The translations under genes and the position numbers were made by a program. A stretch of 62,506 nt of DNA from SAR324 cluster bacterium (GTDB lineage Bacteria > SAR324 > NAC60-12), in contig JANQHV010000129.1 in assembly GCA_028282505.1 (NCBI GenBank), forward strand, positions 1 to 62,506. Reading direction: 5' to 3'. The notes under the pieces were generated by a model. It saw only the letters and a list, made by a program, of their open reading frames with translations. It did not search any database and was not told where the DNA came from. How positions within the stretch are numbered: position 1 is the stretch's first letter; each line of letters starts with the position of its first letter. This document shows positions 37,306 to 49,400 of the stretch, in pieces.

Positions 37306-39468
37306 ATGCTTAAAAACATGAAAGTCAGTATAAAACTAACAATGGCCTTTTTCTCAATCATCTTGTTACTACTGGTGGTCGCGGGAGTTGGCTATTTTGG
37401 AATGTCTTCGGCACAAGATGGATTTGTCACTTATCGAGGATTGGCACGGGACACCAACCTAAGTGGACGCGTGCAGGCCAACATGCTGGAAGCTCGTTTG
37501 GCAGTAAAAAACTTCATCATCAGTAGAGACAAAAAAGATGTGACGATCTACGAAGCCCGCTGGAAAACAATGTTGAATCTGATGGAAGAGGCAAAGCAAG
37601 AAATTCAAAAACCTGAACGTGCCCAAAAAGTATCATTTATTGACCAGTCACTCGGTCAATACCAAACAGCTTTCTACGAGGTCGTTGATTTTATGGCAGA
37701 ACGGGATAAAGTTGTCAGCACACAATTGGATCCCAACGGACTGCGCATGAGAAAGCTTCTAACCGATTTGATGACAAGTGCCTATCAGGATCAAGACTCA
37801 ACTGCAGCCTATTATGCAGGAAGGGTTCAGGAGCATCTGTTACTGGGAAGGCTGTACATGGTGAAATACCTCAACACAAATAATCAGGCTGATATTGATC
37901 GTGCCAAAAAAGAGTTTCATGAACAAATGAAAGAACCCCTGAAGATTTTAGATCAGGAAGTTGAAAATCCAACTCAACGAAAATTACTTGGAGAAATCCT
38001 GGCATCTAAAAAAATATATACAGATTCTATTGAGGAGATAAATACGATTATCACCAAACGAAACAAACTCATAAACGAGGTTCTGGATACGGTTGGTCCA
38101 AAAGTCGCTGGTGCGGTGGAAGAGGTCAAGCTTTCTGTCAAAGGTGAACAAGATCAACTGGGCCCGGCCCTTCAAGCCAAAATACGTCAATCAGATATAA
38201 TCATCGTTGTGGCTGTCGGAGTTTCACTATTGTTAGGAATTATCATTTCTGTTTTGTTCAGCAAAGCAATCACCAGTTCTCTGGTTAAAATCAAAGATGC
38301 TGCTGTTGATATTTCCAGAGGCAAACTGGATATTCAGATAGAAGCTAAGAGTCAGGATGAGTTTGGTGACTTGGCCCGGGCTTTTCAAGAAATGACCAAG
38401 ATGTTATCGGATAAATCGAAGCTGTCTGAACAGATGGCTCAGGGTAATTTGGATGTTGAGGTTAAACTCGTCTCTCAGGAGGATGTTCTTGGAAAATCCT
38501 TGCAAGAAATGGTGGGTAGTTTGGAAAGTACCATCAGACAAGTTTCTGTTTCAGCGGATCGAGTCACCTCTGGTGCACAGCAATTGGCACAATCCAGTAT
38601 CTCTCTCTCCCAAGGTTCAACAGAACAAGCCGCCTCTCTCGAACAAATTTCTTCTTCTATGGAAGAATTGAGCGCTCAAACCAGAACCAATGCAGAAAAT
38701 GCGAACCAGGCTAATCAATTGGCTACCTCGGCCAGAAACCAGGCCGAAGATGGCAATGCGCAAATGAAAACAATGCTCAGTTCAATGCAGGAGATCAATG
38801 CTTCTTCACAGAATATTTCTAATATCATCAAGACGATTGATGAAATTGCGTTTCAAACGAATGTCCTGGCAATCAATGCAGCCGTTGAAGCAGCAAGAGC
38901 CGGTACTCATGGTAAAGGATTTGCTGTGGTAGCTGAAGAAGTGAGAAATCTGGCTCAACGCAGTGCTGAAGCCGCCAAAGAAACCACGAATCTGATTGGT
39001 GATTCCATTAAAAAGGTCGAGTCAGGTGCTAAGATTGCTGATGAAACAGCGGTTGCCTTGAAAGAAATTGTAAACGGAGTGACAAAGGTGACCGATTTGG
39101 TCAATGAAATCACCACATCCAGCAATGAACAAGCCCGTGGGATGGCCGAAGTTAACAGTGGCTTGACCCAACTGAACCAGGTAGTCCAAAAAAATGCCCA
39201 AATGGCAGAAGAATCATCGACGGGGAGTGATGAGTTGAGTTCACAGGCAAACATGTTAAAGCAGGTCGTTGAACGTTTTAAACTCCGGCAACAACTCTCG
39301 GGTTCTTTTAATTACCATAGTCCAATGCCACATTTACCTGTAACGACCTCTCCAGCATTCGATCCTCAACCAGTGACTCAGGCAGTTGCTGCACAAACGG
39401 ATACTTCCTCTGTCGTTTCCGGGAAAAATCTAATTTCCTTTGATGAGGAGGATACAGGTAAATTTTAA
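37306..39468 (+). CDS. Methyl-accepting chemotaxis protein (helical-bundle periplasmic sensor)
   Basis: TM1, a ~270-aa helical periplasmic region, TM2, HAMP, one AQGNLDVEV module and the conserved signalling domain. GAGGAG lies upstream. Confidence 0.9.
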   Translation: MLKNMKVSIKLTMAFFSIILLLLVVAGVGYFGMSSAQDGFVTYRGLARDTNLSGRVQANMLEARLAVKNFIISRDKKDVTIYEARWKTMLNLMEEAKQEIQKPERAQKVSFIDQSLGQYQTAFYEVVDFMAERDKVVSTQLDPNGLRMRKLLTDLMTSAYQDQDSTAAYYAGRVQEHLLLGRLYMVKYLNTNNQADIDRAKKEFHEQMKEPLKILDQEVENPTQRKLLGEILASKKIYTDSIEEINTIITKRNKLINEVLDTVGPKVAGAVEEVKLSVKGEQDQLGPALQAKIRQSDIIIVVAVGVSLLLGIIISVLFSKAITSSLVKIKDAAVDISRGKLDIQIEAKSQDEFGDLARAFQEMTKMLSDKSKLSEQMAQGNLDVEVKLVSQEDVLGKSLQEMVGSLESTIRQVSVSADRVTSGAQQLAQSSISLSQGSTEQAASLEQISSSMEELSAQTRTNAENANQANQLATSARNQAEDGNAQMKTMLSSMQEINASSQNISNIIKTIDEIAFQTNVLAINAAVEAARAGTHGKGFAVVAEEVRNLAQRSAEAAKETTNLIGDSIKKVESGAKIADETAVALKEIVNGVTKVTDLVNEITTSSNEQARGMAEVNSGLTQLNQVVQKNAQMAEESSTGSDELSSQANMLKQVVERFKLRQQLSGSFNYHSPMPHLPVTTSPAFDPQPVTQAVAAQTDTSSVVSGKNLISFDEEDTGKF

Positions 39469-39546
39469 TATTAGACCATGAACGTAGGCTGGTTCACTTA
39501 AATTAATTTTCCATTGTTTTTTGAAACTTTCAACAAAGGAGTAATT

Positions 39547-40065
39547 ATGGCTGATGAAGCATTAGCAATTCCTCACTCTTCTGAAGAAGAGGACGAGACA
39601 CAAGAAGGCAAATTTCTGACATTTCCACTGGAAGGCTCGCTATATGGGATTGAAATCCAATATGTACTGGAAGTGGTAATCCGAAGCAGCAAAATCCAAA
39701 TCACCGAAGTCCCTCACATGCCCTCGTATACCAAGGGAGTCATCAATTTGCGTGGTCAAGTTATTCCGATCATTGATCTGCGAGCAAGATTTCAGCTGTC
39801 GGAAAGGGAATATGACGACCGTACCTGTGTTGTGGTCGTTAATATCCAGGGAACAACCACCGGCTTGCTTGTAGATACAGTTACTGGAGTTGCCACAATT
39901 CCCAAAAATGCTATTGATCCCCCTCCGCAGCTTGATACGTCGGCACAAAGCCGCTTCATCGCGGGAATGGGAAAAACAAAGGAGACTGTATACATTTTAC
40001 TTGATGTCAACCAACTCTTAGGCAAAGAGGAAATCAAAGAAGTTCAGAAAATGGAGGCTGCTTAA
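39547..40065 (+). CDS. cheW: Chemotaxis coupling protein CheW
   Basis: Close paralogue of the 24051-24578 protein. AAGGAG lies upstream of ATG 39547. Confidence 0.9.
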   Translation: MADEALAIPHSSEEEDETQEGKFLTFPLEGSLYGIEIQYVLEVVIRSSKIQITEVPHMPSYTKGVINLRGQVIPIIDLRARFQLSEREYDDRTCVVVVNIQGTTTGLLVDTVTGVATIPKNAIDPPPQLDTSAQSRFIAGMGKTKETVYILLDVNQLLGKEEIKEVQKMEAA

Positions 40066-40153
40066 CAATGCATGGAAAAAGACGTTTGATTTTTGTTTTT
40101 TGTGAACTATTGAATGGTACTTTGTATAGCAACCCAGAATTCAGGAGAAAAAT

Positions 40154-42301
40154 ATGTTTAAATTCACACTATCTAAAAAAATATCTTTAGTTTCAGCCAT
40201 ACTAATAATTTTCATCTTGATACTATCAGGTATTTCGATTTGGGGAATGAGTTTGATTGACAAAGTCCTCAATAATGTAACTGATGTTACGGCACCCACC
40301 GTTGAAACAGGAGATGATTTGATCATGGCTTTATGGGAAGCCAATAAAGTGGCAGAAGAATACTTAATTGAAGAAGATATTACGAAGCTGGCACCATTAG
40401 AAGAAGAATTTTTTTCATTAGTCGAATCTTATAAGGAGGCTGATGCAGAATTGGACACGTTGGTAGGGACAGACCAGGAATTTGCAGATGAACTGACTGG
40501 AGCCGATATAGAATTCCAAGAATTTGTAAAAAATGCTAAAGAGATGTTTGAACTTCACAAGATAGAACTTGAAAAAGAGATCAATGTAAAAAATCTAGTG
40601 CAGCATTTTGAACAGTTAGCTGATGACTTAGGAAAAATTCTGGGAGAGGCTGCTCAAAAAAATGAAAATGAGTTCAAAGAATCCCAGAATATCCAGGACT
40701 ATGATGCTGTGGAAGCCGCTATGAAACTGGATATCCTGGTTGGAGATGCCTTGGAAACCGCACGGGAATATCTATCAGAAGAAGATCCACAAAAACTACC
40801 TGCAATTAGAGCGGAATTTGAAGCAATTACAGAAGGATCAAATATTTATGAGCAGCAATTATTGAATTCAGTAACATTAGCAGAAGAGACAACTCAAGTA
40901 CAAGAAATTATCAACCTGATTAAATCCTTTGAGGAATCAACCACAGAAGAAGATGAACTCTTTGATGAATATCAAGAACAGCTCGAAGCAGAATATAATG
41001 CAAAAGACAAGATCGAACAACTGGAGACGGATGTGGATCGAGCAGTCGAGTATCTAGACAATTTGGTTTCTTTAGCAGATAAAGTCTCCGATGACACTGA
41101 TGAACAAGCTGCTGCAACTATTGGTAATATACGCATGTTATTAATCGGCGTAGCTCTCATGGCTACACTTATAGGATGTAGTGCAAGTTTTGTGATTGCA
41201 CGTAAAATTACTGTTCCAACGCAAGAATTAGTGAGGATCCTCAATGAGATGGCAAAAGGGAATTTTGATCATCATGTCGTTATCAAGGGATCTGATGAGA
41301 TTGCGACATTAGGAACTAGTTTTAATTTAATGATACAGAATCTAAAGAAACAAATTGAATTAACCACTCAAATTGCAAACGGAAATCTTTCGCAGCAAGT
41401 ACAGCTTGCTTCTGACCAAGATGACTTGGGATTAGCGTTACAACGAATGACAGAGAGTTTGAATCAAACAATTGCTCATGTCTCGCTCATGTCCTCTCAA
41501 GTTACCGAAAAATCACAAGAATTGTCCCATTCTAGTGAACGGTTTTCACAGGGAGCCACTCAACAAGCAACTGCATTGGAAGAAATTTCCTCATCAATGG
41601 AGGAAATCAATTCTCAAACTCAGGGAAATGCAAAAAATGCAATAGAAGCCAATACGCTTGCGAGAACTGCTCAAGAGAAAGCAGAAACCGGAAATCAACA
41701 AATGCAAAATTTATTGGCAGCAATGAAAGAAATTCAAGATGCTTCCCAGAGTATTTCGGCCATTATTAAAACGATTGATGAAATTGCCTTTCAAACAAAT
41801 GTGTTAGCAATCAATGCGGCGGTTGAGGCTGCTCGTGCTGGTGTTCATGGGAAAGGGTTTGCCGTCGTTGCAGAGGAAGTACGTAGCTTAGCGCAACGTA
41901 GTGCCGATGCTGCTAAGGAAACTGCCAGTATCATTACCAATTCTGTACAAAAAACGGAAGAAGGATCACGCAGTATGGAAGCAAGTGCGGTTTCTTTGCA
42001 AGAAATCGTAAGTGGTGTCAAGCAAGTCACATCACTCGTTCAGGAGATTTCTACATCTAGTGAACATCAAGCAAAGGGGGTCGTGGAAATCAACACAGGG
42101 CTCCAACGATTGAATGATGTCACTCAACAGAATGCATCTTTGTCCACAGAAGTTTCCCGTGCAAGTGAAGAATTAACCGGACAAGCGACAGAACTGAAAC
42201 ACCAAATCGCCAATTTTCAGCTTCAGGAACAGATTGGGCAGACTCTCAAAACTTCCTTAAACACACATCAGATTACTTTTGTACCAGATTCGAATGGATA
42301 A
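40154..42301 (+). CDS. Methyl-accepting chemotaxis protein with acidic helical sensor region
   Basis: TM1, a ~300-aa Glu/Asp-rich helical region, TM2, HAMP (MAKGNFDHHV), one IANGNLSQQV module and the signalling domain. Confidence 0.9.
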   Translation: MFKFTLSKKISLVSAILIIFILILSGISIWGMSLIDKVLNNVTDVTAPTVETGDDLIMALWEANKVAEEYLIEEDITKLAPLEEEFFSLVESYKEADAELDTLVGTDQEFADELTGADIEFQEFVKNAKEMFELHKIELEKEINVKNLVQHFEQLADDLGKILGEAAQKNENEFKESQNIQDYDAVEAAMKLDILVGDALETAREYLSEEDPQKLPAIRAEFEAITEGSNIYEQQLLNSVTLAEETTQVQEIINLIKSFEESTTEEDELFDEYQEQLEAEYNAKDKIEQLETDVDRAVEYLDNLVSLADKVSDDTDEQAAATIGNIRMLLIGVALMATLIGCSASFVIARKITVPTQELVRILNEMAKGNFDHHVVIKGSDEIATLGTSFNLMIQNLKKQIELTTQIANGNLSQQVQLASDQDDLGLALQRMTESLNQTIAHVSLMSSQVTEKSQELSHSSERFSQGATQQATALEEISSSMEEINSQTQGNAKNAIEANTLARTAQEKAETGNQQMQNLLAAMKEIQDASQSISAIIKTIDEIAFQTNVLAINAAVEAARAGVHGKGFAVVAEEVRSLAQRSADAAKETASIITNSVQKTEEGSRSMEASAVSLQEIVSGVKQVTSLVQEISTSSEHQAKGVVEINTGLQRLNDVTQQNASLSTEVSRASEELTGQATELKHQIANFQLQEQIGQTLKTSLNTHQITFVPDSNG

Positions 42302-42471
42302 AAGATTTTGTATGAAGTTGATATATAAATCCGCTCAACAAGATTGATTTTTCGCAATAAACCATCTTTTCAAAATAGGCTCTTAAAGTTATCCTAAAAA
42401 AGTATAGCAATTCTAACAATAAACATAAGGAGGTTGTTGTCATAGAAAAAAATTTTATCGATCCATTAGTC

Positions 42472-42774
42472 ATGAGTAAGTTAAATTCTACTTTGAGGAA
42501 TCAACTAATTCAGCTTTTCAAAGAACAATCTCCAACACTGATTGAAGCAATTAAAAATGCTTCCCTTGAGAGTGATGCCTAAACATTAAAGGAAAGAGCT
42601 CACTCCTTGAAAGGCAGTGCTTTAACCTTTGGTGCTACCGCTTTAGTAAGGATTTGTGCTTTACTGCAAAAAAGAGCAGAGACAAATGATTTGGAAGGAG
42701 TGGATTCTGATGTCATTCAGTTGCAGACGATATATGTTCAAACTGTTCAAACATTAAAGGAACAGGTACACTAA
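42472..42774 (+). pseudogene. Hpt-domain gene fragment interrupted by an in-frame TAA
   Basis: Translation is MSKLNSTLRNQLIQLFKEQSPTLIEAIKNASLESDA*TLKERAHSLKGSALTFGATALVRICALLQKRAETNDLEG...QVH*. It is collinear with the last ~95 aa of the 46437-50594 protein. The TAA at 42580-42582 replaces the TAC (Tyr) of the paralogue. Absent from the ORF track because both pieces are too short. Confidence 0.75.
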
Positions 42775-42855
42775 TAAAGAAAGTTTGGGTAATGAATTCA
42801 GGCATCGTCGAATTGTGGTTGCAGACTCCAGAAAACTAAAACGTAAAGAGAGATT

Positions 42856-43767
42856 ATGAATAAAATTGCACTGTCTTTTGTCATGTTGGTACTGATATGG
42901 ACTCCAAATGCTTTGGGCCAAACCACACCTGAGAAAACGATATTAACCATGGGAAAAGCCACCGATGATGTGATCAAGGCTCAAAAAAGGTTAGGCCCTA
43001 TTGTGGACTATTTAGCATCTCAACTAAATGATGTTGGAATCAGGGAAGGTGAACTTGTGCTAGCAGGCGATAACAAAGTCTCCACCCTGATCCGTTATAT
43101 CAATGAAGGACAACTGGATATTGCCTTTGATTCTGTATTTCCGACCTTGAGAATTATCGACGAAACTAATGCCATTCCCATCCTCAATGTCTGGAGAAAT
43201 GGGAAAGAAACATACAGAAGCTTAATCATTGTTAAAAAAAATAAAGGAATTAATCAACTAGAAGATTTGAAAGGCAAATTGATTGCCTTTGAACATCCTG
43301 AATCCACACCGTCCTATTTTCTGCCAAAATTTACTTTGCAAACTTCTGGATTTGATTTAGTGAATCTTCCTGCAGTAACAGCACCCATTGATCATGACAA
43401 AATAGGCTATGTTTTTGCAAAATCAGAAATTAATATGTCCGCCTGGGTATTTTATGAAAAAGTGGATGCTGCAGCATTTAGTTCATTAGACTGGAATAAT
43501 CCTGAAGATGTCCCTGAATCTTATAAAAAAGAATTCAAAATTCTTTACCAAACTCAAAAAGTCCCCACACTTGTTGTGATGCTCAATCAAAACCTGGATA
43601 ACAAATTAAAAATAAGAATCAAGGACGAACTCCTCAAAATGCACACAACCTCTGAAGGAAAAAAAGCACTTCAGAATTCAAAATACAAAATCGCTAGATT
43701 TACAGAATTAACCCGGGATACGTTATTGCCTAAAATGGGAAACTTTTTAACTCAAAAACTTCATTAA
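42856..43767 (+). CDS. Periplasmic PhnD-like (phosphonate-type ABC) substrate-binding protein
   Basis: Signal peptide. The overall pattern (TMGKATDD.., FDSVFPT, AFEHPESTPSYFLP) recalls PhnD-family binding proteins. The stop lies 2 nt before the next kinase gene. Confidence 0.7.
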   Translation: MNKIALSFVMLVLIWTPNALGQTTPEKTILTMGKATDDVIKAQKRLGPIVDYLASQLNDVGIREGELVLAGDNKVSTLIRYINEGQLDIAFDSVFPTLRIIDETNAIPILNVWRNGKETYRSLIIVKKNKGINQLEDLKGKLIAFEHPESTPSYFLPKFTLQTSGFDLVNLPAVTAPIDHDKIGYVFAKSEINMSAWVFYEKVDAAAFSSLDWNNPEDVPESYKKEFKILYQTQKVPTLVVMLNQNLDNKLKIRIKDELLKMHTTSEGKKALQNSKYKIARFTELTRDTLLPKMGNFLTQKLH

Positions 43768-43769
43768 CC

Positions 43770-46430
43770 ATGTCGTTATTTAAAAGTATTCAATCCAAAT
43801 TTATAGGTTTTACCATATTCATAATAATTATTATTGCAGGGTTGTTTTTGATTTCTGAAATCTATTTTCATCATCAAGTTCATGAAGCCAGTGATGTGAT
43901 TTATGATAATCTGTTATCTCAAGCCATCGAAGAGCAGAGTGTACGAGAAATGCGATTATTAGCAACATTATTGTCCAAGACCTTGATTCAACCTATTTTT
44001 GAGTTAGATGTTTTTCAAGTTCGACGCCTGATCCACATCGTTGCAGATAGCCAGGATATTAATTACGTTTATGTTTATGATCAACAGGGCAGAATATTAG
44101 CCGATACCCATGGAGAATCATCTCTCATGGGAAAATTGCCAACAACATCAATACACCAACAAATCAGCAAAACTGAAACATTACTGATTCAAAAAGAAGG
44201 GAATCTCACCCATGTTGCCGCTCCTGTTCTCTTTGAAAACAAAAGATTAGGTGTAATTGAAATTGGTTATTCCACTCAAAGTATCACGGAGCAGATCGAG
44301 AAACTACTTCAAGAACTCGAATCGATCAGAACTCAAATCGAATTGGGCCAAGTCCAAGTCGTCTTCCTTATATTTTTAACAATCTCCCTGGTGACTGTGA
44401 TTCTGGGAGCGCTATTCATCAAAAAACTATTTTCACCAATCCAACAATTGGTCATTGGAACTGAAAAGATTGCCAAAGGGGATTTGAATTTCAGGATAGA
44501 GATTTTCTCAAAAGATGAGATAGGAATTCTGGCTTTAGCCTTCAATCAAATGACGGAAGAATTGCAAACAACTACTGTTTCCAAAAGGTATGTCGATAAC
44601 ATCCTGGCCTCCATGATCGACACCTTGATTGTTCTCAAACCAGATGGAACCATTATTACCTCAAATCCAGCAACTTCAAAATTATTGGGATATGCGCAAA
44701 CAGATCTGGAAAAACAGCCGATATCAATTATCCTACCCAAAGAAGAGGAAAAAATATTCATGAAAAAAGGATTTGATACATTGGTCAAAGAGAATTTTGT
44801 TCGAGGAGTTGAAACTACTTACCAAACCAAAGATGGTGAAAAGATTCCCATGCTCTTCTCTGGTTCTGTGATGTATGATAACATGAATCAGATTCAAGGT
44901 TTTGTTTGTGTGGCACAAGACCTTTCTGAACACAGGCGACAGGAAGATCGTATCGATGCCATTATGACCGCCTTGCCGGACATGATTTTTATTTTTGATG
45001 AAGATGGCAAATATATTGAAATTTTAACAGGAAGGCACCATCTTCTGTATAAAAAATTTAATCAATTCAAAGGAAAGGTGATTCATGAAGTGATTCCTCA
45101 ACCAAATGCTGATTTATTTTTAGCCACAATCTATAAAACCCTGGAAACTGAAAAACCTCAGACGTTAGAATACCAACTTGAATTCCCTACGGGAAACATC
45201 TGGTTTGAAGGGAGGACTTCTCCCATGATGCAAACCTTCAACAACAAACGGGCCATTGTTTGGATTGCTCTCGATATCACCGAACGCAAGCAATTAGAAG
45301 CACAGCTCTACCAATCTCAAAAAATGAAAGCCCTGGGGACGTTAGCAGGAGGAATCGCTCATGAATTTAACAACATTTTGGCAAGTACACTCGGCTATAC
45401 TCAATTACTTCTTGACAAGGTACCGAAAGACAGTAAAACCTGGAAGTATCTTAAATTGATTGAAAAAGGAGACAAACGGGCAACAGAACTGGTCCAACAA
45501 ATTCTCACCTTTTCACGGATGGAGGTCCGACAATTTGAGTTGTTTGATATCACTTCTGTTGTCAAAGAAGCCTTTCAGATGATGCAAACTACAATCCCGA
45601 CCAGCATCGAAATTCATCACTCTTTTCAAGAGGATTGTGGTAAGATCTTCGCCAGCGTAACCCAAATTCATCAAGTCATTATTAACCTCTGTAATAATGC
45701 AGTTCATGCAATGGAAGAAACTGGAGGTATTCTAAAAATCAGTCTAAAAACCCTCAGTTCTAACGAATTTCCCCTGCCAGACACAACACAGGGAGGTATA
45801 GAACTCAGGGTTGAAGATAGTGGCCAAGGGATTTCTGCAGAACATCTGACAAAAATATTTGATCCTTTTTTTACGACTAAGGAAGTCGGGAAAGGAACTG
45901 GCTTAGGATTAGCCGTAGTACATGGGATTGTGGAAGAGCATCATGGGAAAATTACAGTAGAAAGCACTCCTGGTCAAGGAACTTGCTTTCGTGTCTACTT
46001 GCCATTGGCAACGAGTACTCATGTCCATCTTGCAACACGCCAGGAGGAATGTAAGATCAAGTCAGGAAGTGGACACCTGCTCATCGTTGAGGATGAGATA
46101 GAAGTTTCGAGCTTGTATGAAATTTTCTTAGAAGGTCTGGGCTATACAGTGACAATTTGTAATAATGGTTTAGAAGCTTTAGAAACTATTCAACGAAATC
46201 CACAACAATTTGACTTAATCTTAACTGATATGGCAATGCCTCAGATGAACGGAAAACAGCTGATTCAAGAACTCCACAAAATTCAATCGAATTTTCCCAT
46301 CATTCTTACAACCGGCTACAGCCGTATTATTTCTGAAGAAGAAGCCAATGCTCTGGGGGTAAAATACTATTTAACCAAACCCATCTTAATAGAAAAACTG
46401 GCACAAACGATCGAGGATTGTTTGGCGTAG
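43770..46430 (+). CDS. Sensor hybrid histidine kinase (TM, sensor, TM, HAMP, 2 PAS, HisKA, HATPase, REC)
   Basis: HAMP ([11 protein letters not shown]), PAS regions, H-box [33 protein letters not shown] ([13 protein letters not shown]). Confidence 0.9.
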   Translation: MSLFKSIQSKFIGFTIFIIIIIAGLFLISEIYFHHQVHEASDVIYDNLLSQAIEEQSVREMRLLATLLSKTLIQPIFELDVFQVRRLIHIVADSQDINYVYVYDQQGRILADTHGESSLMGKLPTTSIHQQISKTETLLIQKEGNLTHVAAPVLFENKRLGVIEIGYSTQSITEQIEKLLQELESIRTQIELGQVQVVFLIFLTISLVTVILGALFIKKLFSPIQQLVIGTEKIAKGDLNFRIEIFSKDEIGILALAFNQMTEELQTTTVSKRYVDNILASMIDTLIVLKPDGTIITSNPATSKLLGYAQTDLEKQPISIILPKEEEKIFMKKGFDTLVKENFVRGVETTYQTKDGEKIPMLFSGSVMYDNMNQIQGFVCVAQDLSEHRRQEDRIDAIMTALPDMIFIFDEDGKYIEILTGRHHLLYKKFNQFKGKVIHEVIPQPNADLFLATIYKTLETEKPQTLEYQLEFPTGNIWFEGRTSPMMQTFNNKRAIVWIALDITERKQLEAQLYQSQKMKALGTLAGGIAHEFNNILASTLGYTQLLLDKVPKDSKTWKYLKLIEKGDKRATELVQQILTFSRMEVRQFELFDITSVVKEAFQMMQTTIPTSIEIHHSFQEDCGKIFASVTQIHQVIINLCNNAVHAMEETGGILKISLKTLSSNEFPLPDTTQGGIELRVEDSGQGISAEHLTKIFDPFFTTKEVGKGTGLGLAVVHGIVEEHHGKITVESTPGQGTCFRVYLPLATSTHVHLATRQEECKIKSGSGHLLIVEDEIEVSSLYEIFLEGLGYTVTICNNGLEALETIQRNPQQFDLILTDMAMPQMNGKQLIQELHKIQSNFPIILTTGYSRIISEEEANALGVKYYLTKPILIEKLAQTIEDCLA

Positions 46431-46436
46431 AAGCAG

Positions 46437-49400
46437 ATGAAGATGATGAAAAACGACACCTCTCCTCTCCCATCCCCCCTTCTCGGTTCCCGTCTTCTCA
46501 TTGTAGAAGATAATATGGATGTACGTGGATTGCTCTGTGCAATTCTGGAAGACACCCCTCATCATATCGAAGTAGCAGCAGATGGACAAGAAGCTCTGGA
46601 AAAATGGAAAAAATCCTTTTCCAATCAACCTTATGATCTGATGACCATAGACCTCAACATGCCACGCATGGATGGCAAAACCCTCATTCATGAAATTCGT
46701 AAAATCGACAACGAGATCGCCATGATCGTTTTCACTGGGTATGGCGAACTCCCCGATGCGTTGACACTACTACAGAATTATCAAATCTTTGACTTTCTCC
46801 ACAAGCCACTGAAGCACCCGTCTCAACTCCTGTTTTCTGTAGCGAACGCCCTGGAAAAAAGACGACTGAGCCTCGAATTGAAGGAAGAAAACGCTCATCT
46901 AAAGCAATATGTTGAAGAACGCACTGCCGATTTGCAAATACCCCAACTTCCAGCAGAATCCACTCAGAAATCCAAAATGAATTTCTTGACAAACATGCAC
47001 CATGAAATTCACACTCCCCTCAATGCGATCATTGGGTTTAGTAAACTTATCACAAGGCAAGCCCCAACCTTGAATTTACCTCAAGAAACTCAACGCTATT
47101 TAGAAAACATTACAACGGAAGGGAAACGCTTAAACGAGTTACTGGATAATATGTTAACCCTCTCTAAGCTGGAGACAGGGACACTGACAGTTCAATATGA
47201 AGATTTAAATTTAAAGCAATTGATTGAAGGTATCTTTCATATGAGCAAATCAAAAGCTGCTGACAAACAATTGGATTTTACTTATCACTGGGATCCTCTG
47301 TTACCAGAAAAAATTAGTTGCGACCGAACTTTTCTCAATAAGCTCCTCATGAACCTTGTGGACAACGCAATCAAATTTACAAACCCAGGGAAGATGATCA
47401 GTTTAGAAGCCTGGAAACAGAAAGACCAACTCCTTTTACGGGTTATTGATGAAGGCATTGGAATACCTCAGGATAAGTTGGATGTCATTTTTCAAAATTT
47501 TGAAAGAATTGATAAGAGTAACTCATGTAGTGGGACGGGAATTGGCTTAAGTGTGTCACAAAAAATAGGAGTGCTATTAGGAGGAAACCTTAAGGTCGAA
47601 AGTCATTTAGGAGAAGGTTCCATGTTCTCTTTCAGTTTACCATTAAAATCGCTCGTTTCTCAGCAAAGTCCAGAACAATCGGCCCCTCATCATAAAAACT
47701 TTGCCAAAGACAACATAATTGTTCTTGTTGAAGACAACAAAGTCAATCAAATGCTGGTCAAAGCGTTGTTTAAAGAATTGGGATTAACGATTCAAATTGC
47801 TGAAAATGGCAAAATTGGCGTAGAGATGATTCAAACGCTTTGTGAGGAAAAACGAGTTCCTGATTTAGTCTTAATGGATCTTAATATGCCTGAGATGGAT
47901 GGACTGACCGCAATCAAAATTCTTCAACAACAGAAAAAACTTAAAGACATGCCCATTGTCATCTTGTCTGCCGACAAGCAACACGAAAAAGAAGATTTAG
48001 CTAAAGAAGCAGGAGCATCAGATTATTTAGCTAAACCATTGGATTTTAATAAATTTTTTCCCTTGCTTGTCCAATACTTGAGAAGTGAGCATGAAGACAC
48101 GGCTTCATCTACTACTGTTCCATCCCCATCAGGAAAACACAATATTAATGCAGATGATGCCAAAAAAACAACAAATTTAGAACAAATTCTATATTCAGAA
48201 AATCAAAATATTCTTTCTTATCTCCAACAATCACGTATCTTCGACGAACTTCCTCAAGAAATCATTCAGAAACTGATTCCTCTCTCAAAGATCCAGGATT
48301 TTTCTGCGGGTGAAGTGATCTTAGAACAAGGAACAACAAATGACCAAATTTATATTCTATTGAGAGGTATAGTTGGTGTTTACGTCGATAGTAACAAAAT
48401 TCTACAATTACGACGAGTGGGAGATATTTTTGGAGAAATGAGTATTATCAACGAACAACCTTGTTCATCTTCAATTTTAGCAGAAAATCATGTTCGTTTG
48501 CTTAGCCTCAAATCCCAATTTATTGGACGCTATTCGGAAATGACATCCGAAAAACTTCAAAATCTATTGTACCGATTGTTTGCTAAGATCCTATCCGATA
48601 AACTGGCACTCACTACCAACAAAGCAAAACAATATGAATCCGCTCATCAGCAACTTCTGAAAGAAATTGACTCACATAGACAACTGGCCAATAAATTCAA
48701 AGAGAGTGAAGAGCAATACCGCGCTTTCTATCATAAGACTCCGGCAATGTTGCATTCGATCGACAAACAAGGAAAGCTGCTCAGTGTTAGTCAGTATTGG
48801 TTAGAAAAGATGGGGTATCAGTTACAGGAAGTTATTGGTACGAACATATCTGCATACTTAACTGAAGAATCACAGGTTATTGCAAAAGAAGATACAATTC
48901 CTCGCTTAATTCAGGAAGGTAATGTGAAAGAGGTTGCATACCAGTTTGTGAAAAAAAATGGAGAAATCATTGATATTGAATTGTCAGCAATTGCTAAATA
49001 CAACTCAGATGGAGAATTTGAAAGCTCCTGGTCCACTCTTTATGATGTGACTGATAGAAAAAAAACAGAACATGATTTAATCCTTGCCAAAGAAGAAGCG
49101 GTACGAGCAACCCGTGCCAAATCCTATTTTCTGGCAACCATGAGCCATGAAATCCGCACCCCTATGAACGGGGTACTGGGTACCACTCAACTCCTTTCAA
49201 AAACACAGCTCAATGCAGACCAACAAAAATATGTACACGCTCTCTTAACCAGTGGTCAACAATTGCTTTGTACCATCAATGATATCCTCGACTATTCTAA
49301 GTTGGAAGCCAACAAGCTCACATTAATCGAAGAACCTTTCAATCCCAGTGTTTGTGTGAAAGAGGTGATTGAAATGATGAAAAGCCATGCCAAAGAAAAG

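Noticed and set aside
42273-42473. 66-aa minus-strand ORF between the last MCP and the Hpt fragment
   Set aside because: It overlaps the MCP stop and the Hpt-fragment start, has a hydrophobic low-complexity translation and has no RBS.
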